Shown in pieces: positions 19,030 to 28,813 of a stretch of DNA of 64,000 bases; the stretch's first letter is position 1; every line of letters starts with the position of its first letter. The notes below the pieces were generated by a model. That model made no database searches and was not told the DNA's origin. It saw only the letters and a program-made list of their open reading frames with translations. Source of the stretch: Thermoplasmata archaeon (GTDB lineage: Archaea; Thermoplasmatota; Thermoplasmata; UBA10834); NCBI GenBank assembly GCA_021789945.1, contig JAJYIS010000002.1, forward strand, positions 5,379 through 69,378, read 5' to 3'. A program made the translations under genes and the position numbers.

Positions 19030-19736
19030 CTGAAGAACCTCACCGCCTTCTTGAAATCGATGTTGCCAGTGTATATCGCCATCCCCACGACCGCGGAGTG
19101 CACGCCCATCATCCTGAGCTGGTCCAGGTCGCTCATGCTGGTTATGCCGCCTGACACGATGAGCGGCTTCTCGGTCGACTCACGCAGGGCCCTGATCGGG
19201 ACCGGGTCTATGCCGGCGAGCCTGCCCTCGACCTCGACGTTGGTGTACAGGAAACCGAATATCGGGAGGTCGGACAGGTCTTCCGCAAGCTCTAGCAGGT
19301 CCTTCCCCGAGCCTTGCTGCCATCCCTCGACCATCACCTCGTTCGCGACGGAGTCCACGGCCACGACTATGCCCTCAGAATACTGGCGCGAGAGCTCTTC
19401 CACGAATTTGCGGTCCCTGACGGCCTTGGTACCCACGACTATGCGTTCGCACCCGACGTCGAACAGCCTCTGGGCCTGCTCGAGCGTCCTGATGCCTCCG
19501 CCGACCTGAACGGGTATCGACAAGTCCGCTGCGATCATCTCGATGATGCCGACGTTGTTCCCCGTCCCCAGGGCGGAGTCGAGGTCGATGATGTGAATCA
19601 TCTCGGCGCCATCGGTCTGCCATCTCCTGGCCACGCCGAGGGCGTCGTCTATGCTGACCTTCTCCGTGCCTGGCTTTCCCCCCACGAGCTGCACGCACTT
19701 GCCGTCCTTGATGTCCAGCGCCGGCAGGACCTTCAT
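19026..19736 (-). CDS. hisA: ProFAR isomerase
   Basis: 236 aa from [20 protein letters not shown]; track ORF over-extended N-terminally. Confidence 0.85.
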   Translation of the reverse strand: MKVLPALDIKDGKCVQLVGGKPGTEKVSIDDALGVARRWQTDGAEMIHIIDLDSALGTGNNVGIIEMIAADLSIPVQVGGGIRTLEQAQRLFDVGCERIVVGTKAVRDRKFVEELSRQYSEGIVVAVDSVANEVMVEGWQQGSGKDLLELAEDLSDLPIFGFLYTNVEVEGRLAGIDPVPIRALRESTEKPLIVSGGITSMSDLDQLRMMGVHSAVVGMAIYTGNIDFKKAVRFFR

Positions 19737-20332
19737 ATCGCATCCTCCGCGATCTTGACGAAGTTGGAGAGCACCTTCAGCCCCGGGAGGCCGCTCTTCT
19801 CCGGGTGGAACTGGACGCCGCACACCGCGCCCTTGCGGACTGCTGAGGCGAACCGCTCGCCGTACTCCGTCTCCCCGATGGTCACTTCCTCCTCGGGACG
19901 GCACACGTAGGAGTTCGCGAAATAAAACTCCGACCCCGGCGGGACACCGTCGAAGAGCGGGTCGTCATCCCAGGACACCTCGTTCCAGCCCATGTGTGGC
20001 ACTCTGGCCGCACTGAGCCTCTCCACCTCTCCCTTGAACACGCTCAGTCCATCCCCGGGAGACTCCTCGCTCCTCTCGAACATGATCTGCATTCCAAGGC
20101 AGACGCCGAGCGCCGGTGTCCCGGACGTGATGGACCTCCTGATGGACTCGGACGCCGGCCCGAGCTTCTCCACAGCGGCTCCAAAGGCCCCCACGCCGGG
20201 GAACACGATGCACTCCGAGCCCGCGAGCCTGGACATGTCCTTGACGACACGAATCTTCGCGCCTGACCGCTCGATGGCCTTCGATATGCTGTGCAGGTTG
20301 CCCACCCCGTAGTCCGCGATCGACACCATCAT
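19733..20332 (-). CDS. hisH: imidazole glycerol phosphate synthase glutaminase subunit
   Basis: 199 aa class I GATase with catalytic Cys/His. Confidence 0.9.
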   Translation of the reverse strand: MMVSIADYGVGNLHSISKAIERSGAKIRVVKDMSRLAGSECIVFPGVGAFGAAVEKLGPASESIRRSITSGTPALGVCLGMQIMFERSEESPGDGLSVFKGEVERLSAARVPHMGWNEVSWDDDPLFDGVPPGSEFYFANSYVCRPEEEVTIGETEYGERFASAVRKGAVCGVQFHPEKSGLPGLKVLSNFVKIAEDAI

Positions 20333-21396
20333 CTCGCGACACCTTCCAAGTAGCGGTCAAGCCTGACAAGCAGCTTGTCGAGCATCGGCCTCGGGCCGAT
20401 GGTGATCCGGATGTGGTTCTCCAGGAGCGGGTACGAGTTCAGGTCCCTGATCGCCACGCCCTCGGCCCTCAGGGCAGACACCAGGTCCGGCCCCTTGACG
20501 GGGCACTTGCACAGCAGGAAGTTGCAGCTCGATGGGTAGACCTTGAAGCCGAGCCCCTCGAGCTTGGGCCGCAGATAGGATATCTCGCCGCGCACTCTCG
20601 ACACGACCGAGTTCACCCAGTCGTGGTTGTCCAATGCCTTCACGGCGACGGCTTCCGAGAACGAGTTGAGCCCGAACGGAGTCCTGAACTGGCGTAGCTC
20701 GTCCACTATCTCCTTCCTGGCAATCGCGAACCCCACCCTGAGGCCGGCGGCACCGTAGGCCTTCGAGAGCGTCCGAACGTCGATCCCTGTCTGACTGTCC
20801 ATCACGTCCTTGAGCGTCGAGGTCCCGGCGAAGTCCGAGTACGCCTCGTCTATCATCACCACGCCCGACGCCTGGACGAGCAGCCTCCTGACTGCCGCGG
20901 GATCGAAGAGGTTCGCCGTCGGGTTGTTGGGCTGGCATATCGAGATGATCTTGGGCCTCTCCTCCAGGATCGCATCCGCGGGCAGGGAGAATTCCTGCCC
21001 GAGGACCTTCTCGACCGGCCTCGCGAGGTGGAGGTTCGCATAGAATTTGTACATGCTGAATGTGGGAGTCGGCGAGCAGAACACGTCGCCGGGGTTGAGG
21101 AAGCATTTCGAAGCGATGTCGAGTATCTCGTCGGAACCGTTCCCCACGATGACCTCGTCCGCAGAGACGCCGAACTCCGAGGCGATCCTCTCCCTCAGCG
21201 ATCTCGAGCTCTCGCTGGGGTAGGATGACAGCCTGCTGAAGTCGAACGACTCGGCGACCTCCTGTATCGCGGGGTTCGCCCCGAAGAGGTTGGCGTTGTC
21301 GTTCAGGAGGACCATGTCGTCCCCGGAAAGCGAGTACGAGGGCTTGGTCAGGGCCTCGAGCGTTCTTCGTTTCAATTCCCCGATCGACGGCATCAT
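20329..21396 (-). CDS. hisC: histidinol-phosphate aminotransferase
   Basis: 356 aa from [11 protein letters not shown]; PLP Lys in TLSKAYG motif; ATGA overlap with hisD. Confidence 0.85.
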   Translation of the reverse strand: MMPSIGELKRRTLEALTKPSYSLSGDDMVLLNDNANLFGANPAIQEVAESFDFSRLSSYPSESSRSLRERIASEFGVSADEVIVGNGSDEILDIASKCFLNPGDVFCSPTPTFSMYKFYANLHLARPVEKVLGQEFSLPADAILEERPKIISICQPNNPTANLFDPAAVRRLLVQASGVVMIDEAYSDFAGTSTLKDVMDSQTGIDVRTLSKAYGAAGLRVGFAIARKEIVDELRQFRTPFGLNSFSEAVAVKALDNHDWVNSVVSRVRGEISYLRPKLEGLGFKVYPSSCNFLLCKCPVKGPDLVSALRAEGVAIRDLNSYPLLENHIRITIGPRPMLDKLLVRLDRYLEGVAR

Positions 21397-22700
21397 CTCA
21401 CCCTCCAGTGCGCGCGCGCGACAGCCGCATCCGCGTGCGCATGCAGCCCTTCGGCACGGGCCAGAACATCTACCACTCTCGAAAGCTTTGCTGCGCCGTC
21501 CCTGTTGATGCCCTGATACGGAATTACTTTGAGGAAGTCGAACACGGACAGGGAGGACCGCATCGAGGCGGTCCCCGCGGTCGGGAGGATGTGATTCGGC
21601 CCTGAGCAGTAGTCGCCGAACACCACGGATGACCACCCACCGAGGAAGACGGAGCCAGCGTTGGTTATCTTGCCGAAGACCACCTTCGGATTCTCTGTGT
21701 CTATGAGCAGGTGCTCCGGGGCGTACTCGTTGGAGAACTCAATCGCCCGTCCGATGCTGTCCGCTACGACGAATATCGCACCGTTCTCGGCCGCCTTCGA
21801 TGCGATCGGCTCCCTCGGGGTGCGCGCGATCAGCTCACCGAGCCGGGCCCTCGCCTCTTCAGCGACGGCCTGAGACGCGGACACCAGAACCGCCCGGGCC
21901 ATCGGATCGTGCTCCAGCTGCGCCAGCATGTCCCACGCGACCATCTGAGGGTCCGCCTTCGAGTCCGCGATTATGAGGACCTCGGAGGGGCCCGCGAGGA
22001 AATCTATCTCGCAATCCGCCCTCACCAGCATCTTAGCGGCGGACACGATCATGCTCCCTGGCCCGACTATCTTCTGCACCCGGCGCACCGATTTCGTGCC
22101 GTACGCCAACGCCGCGACCGCGTGAGCTCCCCCGACGGGGTGTACCTCTCGGACGCCGCATAGGTGGGCCGCCGCGAGGATTTCGCTCGAGACCGAAGGA
22201 CCCTTGGCCGGCGTGCAGATTGAGACCTCCTTGACCCCCGCCACCTTTGCTGGGATGCAGGCCATGAGCACGGAGGACATGTACGCCGCGGTGCCCCCGG
22301 GTACGTACACGCCCACCCTCTCCAGAGGAACGACCTTCTGGCCGTACACTCCGTTCAGGTCGCCGAACTCGAACGACGCGAGCTTCTGCCTGGAGTGGAA
22401 CTCCTCTATCCGCCTGCGGCAGACCTCGAGGGCGTCAATGATTCCCTTGGGGACCTTGCCGACCGAGCCGGCAATCTCCCCCTCGGGCACGGTGAGCGAG
22501 GTCCCGGAATACCGGTCGAACTCCTTCGCGAAGCCCAGGAGCGAGGCGTCGCCCCCGCGCCTGACGGAATCGATTATCGCCCTGGCCCTTCCGATCGCCT
22601 CGGTCATGTCGGTGCTGCCACGCGACAGGACCGACCTCCTGTCGGCCTCCGTCATTGCGCTCAGCCGGTACTCGATCATGTCAGAGTACCATCCTGTCAA
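21393..22700 (-). CDS. hisD: histidinol dehydrogenase
   Basis: 435 aa HisD sequence. Confidence 0.9.
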   Translation of the reverse strand: MTGWYSDMIEYRLSAMTEADRRSVLSRGSTDMTEAIGRARAIIDSVRRGGDASLLGFAKEFDRYSGTSLTVPEGEIAGSVGKVPKGIIDALEVCRRRIEEFHSRQKLASFEFGDLNGVYGQKVVPLERVGVYVPGGTAAYMSSVLMACIPAKVAGVKEVSICTPAKGPSVSSEILAAAHLCGVREVHPVGGAHAVAALAYGTKSVRRVQKIVGPGSMIVSAAKMLVRADCEIDFLAGPSEVLIIADSKADPQMVAWDMLAQLEHDPMARAVLVSASQAVAEEARARLGELIARTPREPIASKAAENGAIFVVADSIGRAIEFSNEYAPEHLLIDTENPKVVFGKITNAGSVFLGGWSSVVFGDYCSGPNHILPTAGTASMRSSLSVFDFLKVIPYQGINRDGAAKLSRVVDVLARAEGLHAHADAAVARAHWRVR

Positions 22701-23547
22701 TCGGCACGACCAGTATTCCGGTGGCGCCCACGCTCTTCAGCATCGAGATCACTCCGTTGACCTCGTCCTCGTTCGTGACGGCGTGGATTGCGACCATGTC
22801 ATCCCTGCCCATGATGTTCATGACGGTCGGGCCAGAGACCCCGGGAAGGAGCGTCTTGAGGCTCGGCAGGCTGGCCTTGGGCACGTTGGCCATGAGGTAG
22901 CGCTTCCTCGACGCGTTCATCACGCTCTCGATGGCGCTCGTGACCTCCTCGATCCGGGCGCGCTTCTCCTCCATCGACCTCTTGTTCCCGATGAGCACGG
23001 CGACGGATTCGAGTATCACGCCCACCTCCTTCAGGTGGTTCAGTTTCAGGGTCGAGCCCGTCTCTGCGAGATCGACTATCATGTCAGCAAGGCCGATCTG
23101 CGGGGCGACCTCCGCCGCCCCCGACACCTCCGCGACCTTCACCTGCAACCCCTTTCCCGCGAAGAACGCCCTCGTCAGGTTCGGAAAGCATGTCGCGACG
23201 GTGCTCCCGTCGCGGACATCGCTCACATCGTCGATGGCCGACTCGTCCGGCACCGCGACGACGAGCCTGCACCGGCCGAAGTCGAGGCCCATGAGCTGCT
23301 GCACGTCCCTCCCAGTCTCGCTGACGAGGTCAAGTCCGGTTATCCCCAGGTCAGCGGCGCCCATCTCCACGAACTCAGGTATGTCCTGGGCCCTGGCGAG
23401 GAGTATCTGGTACCTCCCCTTCCCGAACTCTGCGAGGAGCGTGCGGTTGCTCGACTCGGGCACGGGGAACCCTATCCTGTTCATCAGCCTGATCGCGCTC
23501 TGGTTCAGCCTTCCCTTGTTCGGGAGGGCGATCCTGACCATCGTCAT
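22681..23547 (-). CDS. hisG: ATP phosphoribosyltransferase (long form with C-terminal regulatory domain)
   Basis: 288 aa HisG sequence; first gene of his operon. Confidence 0.85.
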   Translation of the reverse strand: MTMVRIALPNKGRLNQSAIRLMNRIGFPVPESSNRTLLAEFGKGRYQILLARAQDIPEFVEMGAADLGITGLDLVSETGRDVQQLMGLDFGRCRLVVAVPDESAIDDVSDVRDGSTVATCFPNLTRAFFAGKGLQVKVAEVSGAAEVAPQIGLADMIVDLAETGSTLKLNHLKEVGVILESVAVLIGNKRSMEEKRARIEEVTSAIESVMNASRKRYLMANVPKASLPSLKTLLPGVSGPTVMNIMGRDDMVAIHAVTNEDEVNGVISMLKSVGATGILVVPIDRMVL

Positions 23548-23927
23548 CTCAACACGCCTCCGGATGCCAGGCCCGCCAGAGCTCCCTCTGCGAGGAAGAC
23601 ATCGAGAATCGCTTCGGCGCGCAGGCTGGTGCGGGTGAGCCTACCCGTGAAGGCAATCAAACATGACCTTCTCGTCCGCCATGTCCGTGCGCCTCTAGCA
23701 CTGTGCCCAAGCCCTGATTGGTATTTATTGATTCTGTCCGAGGGGCAACACTGGATGCATCTGATTGTACATTGGGGGGTGCCGAGACAATCCTGCAGAC
23801 GCCCGCGCCCTGACATTATCATCGTTGGGAACGACGCCCAATAGCTTCATATTCGCACATCGACCTGCGCTCACTGGGACGAATTCCGGAGGGTGTCCGG
23901 AGGACTCGACCCAGCTAGCTGGACGAG

Positions 23928-25241
23928 ATGACAGGAGAGGAAAAGGCGAACAAGAGCCCAGGCCAGGAAAGGAACTTGTCCGTGGCCAGCATCTTGGAGG
24001 TCACGTCCGATTTCCTTTATGTCGAGAGCGTGGACGCCATCCTCCAGAAGATCGTCAAGACCGTCTCGGAGACATATGGGCTCGCGCGGGTGCACGTCGG
24101 CATCCGAGAGGACGAGACCGGCCTCTTCAGCGTCAGGGCCGCGTACGGCTTCGACCAGAAGACCGAGGAGCAGCTGAAGAGGGTCAAGTACACGAACGAG
24201 AGGATGAACAGGGACCTCAAGCCGGAGCTCAAGATCGGAAGGAACGCGTACTATGTTCCGGCCGAGGATTGGGAGCCGGACGAAGAGGACATGATGTTCG
24301 TGGCCCATCCCGAGAGGTTGGACCGCGCCCGGAGCCTCCCGGACGACTGGCTCGAGTGCGACTACATCGACTTCCTGATGTACGAGAAGGACGGGAGCCT
24401 GCTCGGATACCTGGAGATCGACGAGCCCGACGATCACAAGGTCCCCTCCGAGGAGACCATCAGGGCGATAGAGGTCTTCACCGACCTCGCGGCGATCGCG
24501 ATCCAGAACGCGAGGCTCTACAGCAAGGTGCGCGACGAGGGCAAGAAGATCGAGCTGCTCCTGGACCTCATAGGGCACGATGTGAACAACTACGCGCAGG
24601 CGGTCAGCGGGTTCATCGAGCTGGCGATGGCCCGTTCGGACGTACCACAGCCCGCGCGCAAGAGCCTCGCGAAGGCCCATGACCAGGTCCTCAACCTGAA
24701 CAAGCTCGTCAGGAACGTGAAGGTCTATGCGAAGGTGGAGTCTCCGAGCGCGAGGGAGGTCCACTCGCTCGACATCCTCGACATCATCAAGGAGGCCTTC
24801 GAGACAGTTCAGTCATCCACTCGGAACAAGAGCGTCGTGATGGTGCTGGAGGACGACGGGACGAAGAAGTGCTCGGACATGAACCACCTCGCCAAGGACA
24901 TCTTCGTGAACCTCTTCTCGAACGCGGTCAAGTTCGACGACCATGAGACCGTGGAGATCGGGGTGGACCTCAGGGGCGTGACCAAGGATAGGCTAGAGTA
25001 CTGGCAGGTCTCGGTCTCCGACCACGGGCCGGGGATAGATGACTCCCTGAAGACGGCAATATTCGACAGGTTCATCCAGGGACCTTCGGCATCCATCGGG
25101 AGCGGCCTGGGCCTTCACATCGCGAAGACGCTTGTCGGGACCTTCAAAGGAAGGATCTGGGTCGAGGACAGGGTCCAGGGCGAGCCCTCCAAGGGGAGCG
25201 TCTTCAGGGTCCTTCTGCCAGAATCAAAGTGCGTGGTCTAG
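23928..25241 (+). CDS. cytoplasmic sensor histidine kinase (GAF - HisKA - HATPase_c)
   Basis: 437 aa; H-box LIGHDVNNYAQA; G-boxes GLGLHIAK; no TM segments. Confidence 0.75.
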   Translation: MTGEEKANKSPGQERNLSVASILEVTSDFLYVESVDAILQKIVKTVSETYGLARVHVGIREDETGLFSVRAAYGFDQKTEEQLKRVKYTNERMNRDLKPELKIGRNAYYVPAEDWEPDEEDMMFVAHPERLDRARSLPDDWLECDYIDFLMYEKDGSLLGYLEIDEPDDHKVPSEETIRAIEVFTDLAAIAIQNARLYSKVRDEGKKIELLLDLIGHDVNNYAQAVSGFIELAMARSDVPQPARKSLAKAHDQVLNLNKLVRNVKVYAKVESPSAREVHSLDILDIIKEAFETVQSSTRNKSVVMVLEDDGTKKCSDMNHLAKDIFVNLFSNAVKFDDHETVEIGVDLRGVTKDRLEYWQVSVSDHGPGIDDSLKTAIFDRFIQGPSASIGSGLGLHIAKTLVGTFKGRIWVEDRVQGEPSKGSVFRVLLPESKCVV

Positions 25242-25405
25242 CTAGGGTATACAACGCCCAGGACCAGCACCAGGACCGACACGCCTATGCACAGGCCGAC
25301 GACGATCCACGGGTTGACCTTCAGGGCCTTGTCGTCCTCTGAGTCGAAGTACCGGATGAGACCGGCTGCCGAGTGAAATCCTTCGCCCTTCTTATTCTTC
25401 GCCAT
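25238..25405 (-). CDS. preprotein translocase Sec61beta/SecG-like small membrane protein
   Basis: Not in ORF track (55 aa). Manual translation MAKNKKGEGFHSAAGLIRYFDSEDDKALKVNPWIVVGLCIGVSVLVLVLGVVYPS: conserved AGLxRYF motif plus single C-terminal TM. TATA-like tttaaata about 30 nt upstream. Confidence 0.5.
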   Translation of the reverse strand: MAKNKKGEGFHSAAGLIRYFDSEDDKALKVNPWIVVGLCIGVSVLVLVLGVVYPS

Positions 25406-25577
25406 CCGTCTCGAGCCACCTATTGAAGGATTCGATATTTAAACGTTTACTGCAGGATTCGAGGCGCCGGGAGCCGTCCAGATGTCGATAGCCCTTCTTG
25501 TCGACATGAGGATAATTATTATATAATCACTAAACAAATTGTGATGTCCCTGTCTGGCCAAGCGGACGGAGCTCCGC

Positions 25578-26012
25578 ATGCGGCGGAACAGGCGCGCAGT
25601 TGGCTCGTGGCCGAATGCGGCTGAAGGAGGGTCTACCATAGCAACGGTGTTCCTAGTCGACGACGAAAAGTTCATCGTCGACCTCTACAAGGATATCTTG
25701 GAGGCGAACGGCCACACCGTCATCGCTGTGGCGTCCGACGGCGAGGAAGCGGTCCAGAAGTACAAGGAGATGAAGGAGAAGCCCGTGGTCATCATCATGG
25801 ACCAGAGGATGCCGGTCAAGGACGGCGTCAGCGCGACGCAGGAGATCCTCAAAATAAACCCCAAGGCCACGATATTCTTCGGAAGCGCGGACCTCCACAT
25901 CGAGAAGGAGGCCATGGCCGCGGGCGCGAAGGGGTTCCTTCTGAAACCATTCAGGATCGAGGAGCTCTTGGAAGCGATAAGCGAGGCAGCGAGCTCCCAG
26001 GCTAAGAGTTAG
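25578..26012 (+). CDS. response regulator receiver domain protein (CheY-like, no output domain)
   Basis: VFLVDDE...D...KP REC motifs; true start possibly the in-frame GTG near 25641; AT-rich TATA-like taattattatataat at 25514-25528. Confidence 0.7.
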   Translation: MRRNRRAVGSWPNAAEGGSTIATVFLVDDEKFIVDLYKDILEANGHTVIAVASDGEEAVQKYKEMKEKPVVIIMDQRMPVKDGVSATQEILKINPKATIFFGSADLHIEKEAMAAGAKGFLLKPFRIEELLEAISEAASSQAKS

Positions 26013-26166
26013 CGAAGCTGGTCCCGCAGCTACTGGCTTCGCCCGATTTTGACGAGATGAGAGACATGAACGAGAGTGAGAACACGAGAGAAGAGAGGTG
26101 CGCGAGCGGCCTATGTTTAAGTAGGCCGGCAGGATATCAGACGACTGCACCCCGCAGGGGCGATGA

Positions 26167-27654
26167 GTGATGGCAGAAGACGAGAGCGACCTCAAGGCGC
26201 AGAGGAGGAGGAAGCTCAAGGATCTCCAGGCGAAGGGGCTGGACCCGTTCGCTAGGTACAGGTTCGATCGGACGCACGGCACCGCGAGCCTCAAGAAGGC
26301 CTTCGAGAAGGTGGGCGCCGACCGGAGCTCGGAGGAGGTCCGGATAGCCGGCAGGCTGATGGGCATGAGGCTCCACGGAAAGGCTGGCTTCGCGGACCTC
26401 TCGGACAGGGACGGCCGGGTGCAGGTATACTTCAAGCTCGACGACCTCGGCAAGGAGAAGTTCGAGCTGTTCAAGACCCTCGAGATCGGGGACGTCGTGG
26501 GCCTTACGGGCAACGTATTCCGGACCAAGATGGGCGAGATCACGGTCGCGATCAGGGAGTTCGAGATACTGTCGAAGGCGATCATGCCGTACCCCGAGAA
26601 GTTCCACGGGCTCCAGGACGTACAGATGAGGTACCGGCAGCGGTACCTCGACCTGATCATGAACCAGGACGTCCGCGAGAAGTTCATCACGAGGAGCAGG
26701 ATGATCGCGTTCATGCGCGACTGGCTCAACGAGCGGGGGTTCCTGGAGGTCGAGACGCCGATCCTGCAGCCTCTCTACGGAGGCGCGCTCGCGCGCCCGT
26801 TCAAGACGCACCACAACTTCCTGGACATGGACCTATACCTCAGGATAGCGACCGAGCTGTACCTGAAGAGGTGCATAGTCGGGGACCTCGAGAAGGTCTA
26901 CGAGATAGGCCACAACTTCAGGAACGAGGACATCGACGCGCAGCACTATCCAGAGTACACGTCCATGGAGCTGTACCAGGCGTACGCTGACTACACGGAC
27001 ATCATGGACCTGACGGAGTCGCTCCTCTACGACACCGCGAAGCACCTGCTCGGCACCGACCAGATCAAGTACGGGGACAAGACCCTGGACTTCTCGAGGC
27101 CGTGGGCGAGGATCACCATGCACGATGCCATCCAGAAGTACCTCGGCCTGGACATCGAGAAGCTCAAGACGCTCGAGGACGCGAAGGAGGCCGCGAAGAA
27201 GCTCGGCGTCAGGGACATCGACGGGTGTCACCAGCTCGGGCTGGCGATCTTCGAGATCTTCGACCAGAAGGTGCAGCCGCTGATCATCAACCCGACCTTC
27301 GTGATAGACCACCCGATCGAGATCTCCCCGCTGGCCAAGAGGAAGAGGGGCAACCCATCCCTTGTGGAGCGGTTCGAGCTGTTCATCAACGGCTGGGAGT
27401 TCGCCAATGCGTACTCTGAGCTGAACGACCCCGAGGAGCAGGAGCAGAGGTTCAGGGAGCAGGACAGGCTGAAGCAGGAGGGCGACGAGGAGGCGCACCC
27501 GATAGACATGGACTACGTCCAGGCGCTGGAGTGCGGCCTTCCGCCGACCGGAGGCCTCGGGATAGGCATAGACCGGTTCGCGATGCTCATGACCAACTCG
27601 CCGTCGATCAAGGAAGTCATCCTGTTCCCCCATATGAAGCCGGAATCGGTCTAG
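26167..27654 (+). CDS. lysS: lysyl-tRNA synthetase, class II
   Basis: 495 aa; N-terminal OB anticodon-binding domain; class II motifs (FRNEDIDAQHYPEYTSMELY, GGLGIGIDR). Confidence 0.9.
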   Translation: MMAEDESDLKAQRRRKLKDLQAKGLDPFARYRFDRTHGTASLKKAFEKVGADRSSEEVRIAGRLMGMRLHGKAGFADLSDRDGRVQVYFKLDDLGKEKFELFKTLEIGDVVGLTGNVFRTKMGEITVAIREFEILSKAIMPYPEKFHGLQDVQMRYRQRYLDLIMNQDVREKFITRSRMIAFMRDWLNERGFLEVETPILQPLYGGALARPFKTHHNFLDMDLYLRIATELYLKRCIVGDLEKVYEIGHNFRNEDIDAQHYPEYTSMELYQAYADYTDIMDLTESLLYDTAKHLLGTDQIKYGDKTLDFSRPWARITMHDAIQKYLGLDIEKLKTLEDAKEAAKKLGVRDIDGCHQLGLAIFEIFDQKVQPLIINPTFVIDHPIEISPLAKRKRGNPSLVERFELFINGWEFANAYSELNDPEEQEQRFREQDRLKQEGDEEAHPIDMDYVQALECGLPPTGGLGIGIDRFAMLMTNSPSIKEVILFPHMKPESV

Positions 27655-27663
27655 AAGGGTCTG

Positions 27664-28509
27664 ATGATGGATGCCGGAGGCACGGTCATCGAACGCCTTG
27701 ACCCTTCCAGGCTCGACGAGCTCATAGAGGTCCAGACCGAGATCTTCACGGACTACATCATGCCGATGAAGGTCACGCGGGAGTTCTTCCTCGATTTCCT
27801 CATGTCCGTCGGAGGGGACCTGAGGAACGTCTTGGTCGCGACCAGGAACGGGAAGATTGTGGGATACATCAACCCCGTCATCGACGCCAGGGAGGGGTGG
27901 ATCGGCGGAGTCGGGGTCGTGCCCTCGCTCAGGAAGAGGGGCATCGGCACCATGCTGATGAAGGCCGGGGAGGAGCTCTGCAGGTCGAAGGGGGTCTCGG
28001 ACCTGTACCTCGAGGTCATCGAAGGCAACAACCGGGCGCAGAAGCTCTACCAGAGGCTCGGCTTCTCCGCCACCCGGAAGTTCCTGACGGCCGAGGGGAG
28101 GCCGACCAAGTTCGAGGGGTTCGGGGCAATGCCCGGCCGCGCGAGCATGTCGGATATCATCGCGCTCCATGCGAAAAGCTACAAGGACACCTGCTGGCAG
28201 AGGAGGAAGATCGAGTCGCTGGTTCAGTCCGCGCGTGCGTCCGACTGTTACAAGGTGGAAGGTGGGTTCGTCATGACCAGGACGGTCGACACGAGCGGGT
28301 TCATACCGTTCCTTGGAGTGCTTCCTGAGACGAGGGGGAAGGGCATCGGGACCTCCTTGGCCAGGTTCGCGCTGAGCCGGCTATGGGAGCAGGGGGCGTT
28401 CAAGGTCGTGCTGTACAACGTGAACGAGGACCTGCCCACGCAGCGGATGCTGGACAAGTTCGATTTCAAGGTGACGATGAAGCAGGTCGAGATGTTCAGG
28501 AGGATCTGA
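27664..28509 (+). CDS. tandem GNAT N-acetyltransferase
   Basis: two acetyl-CoA binding motifs (RKRGIG..., RGKGIG...). Confidence 0.7.
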   Translation: MMDAGGTVIERLDPSRLDELIEVQTEIFTDYIMPMKVTREFFLDFLMSVGGDLRNVLVATRNGKIVGYINPVIDAREGWIGGVGVVPSLRKRGIGTMLMKAGEELCRSKGVSDLYLEVIEGNNRAQKLYQRLGFSATRKFLTAEGRPTKFEGFGAMPGRASMSDIIALHAKSYKDTCWQRRKIESLVQSARASDCYKVEGGFVMTRTVDTSGFIPFLGVLPETRGKGIGTSLARFALSRLWEQGAFKVVLYNVNEDLPTQRMLDKFDFKVTMKQVEMFRRI

Positions 28510-28576
28510 TTCCGACGGCTTAAGGCGAAATGCCAATAAGCAACGCGGTTTCTAGCATCGCCAAGGAGGTAGCACG

Positions 28577-28804
28577 ATGTTCTCCCACTGCCCGGGATCG
28601 AGGATCTTCTCCGAGCCCGTACCAGAGCCCATCATCTGTCCCCACTGCGGCAAGGAGGTGGAGATATTCACCAACGAGCAGTCGATGAGATGCTACTTCT
28701 GCGGCGGGCTCGTGACCAGGGAGCGGCACCCCAGCTGCTTCGACTGGTGCAAGTACGCCGACATATGCAGGGCGCACATAGAGGCCGAGAGAAAGAAGAT
28801 ATGA
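28577..28804 (+). CDS. small zinc-ribbon protein
   Basis: 75 aa with CPHC...CYFCGG...CFDWC Cys pairs. Confidence 0.4.
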   Translation: MFSHCPGSRIFSEPVPEPIICPHCGKEVEIFTNEQSMRCYFCGGLVTRERHPSCFDWCKYADICRAHIEAERKKI

Positions 28805-28813
28805 GGCCGCGGC

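Noticed and set aside
22204-23844. 546-aa plus-strand ORF across hisD/hisG
   Set aside because: Antisense to two well-supported his genes; no recognizable domains.
28520-28777. 85-aa minus-strand ORF overlapping the small zinc-ribbon gene
   Set aside because: Plus-strand product has paired CxxC motifs typical of a zinc ribbon; the minus-strand product is Ala/Gly/Leu-rich without motifs.
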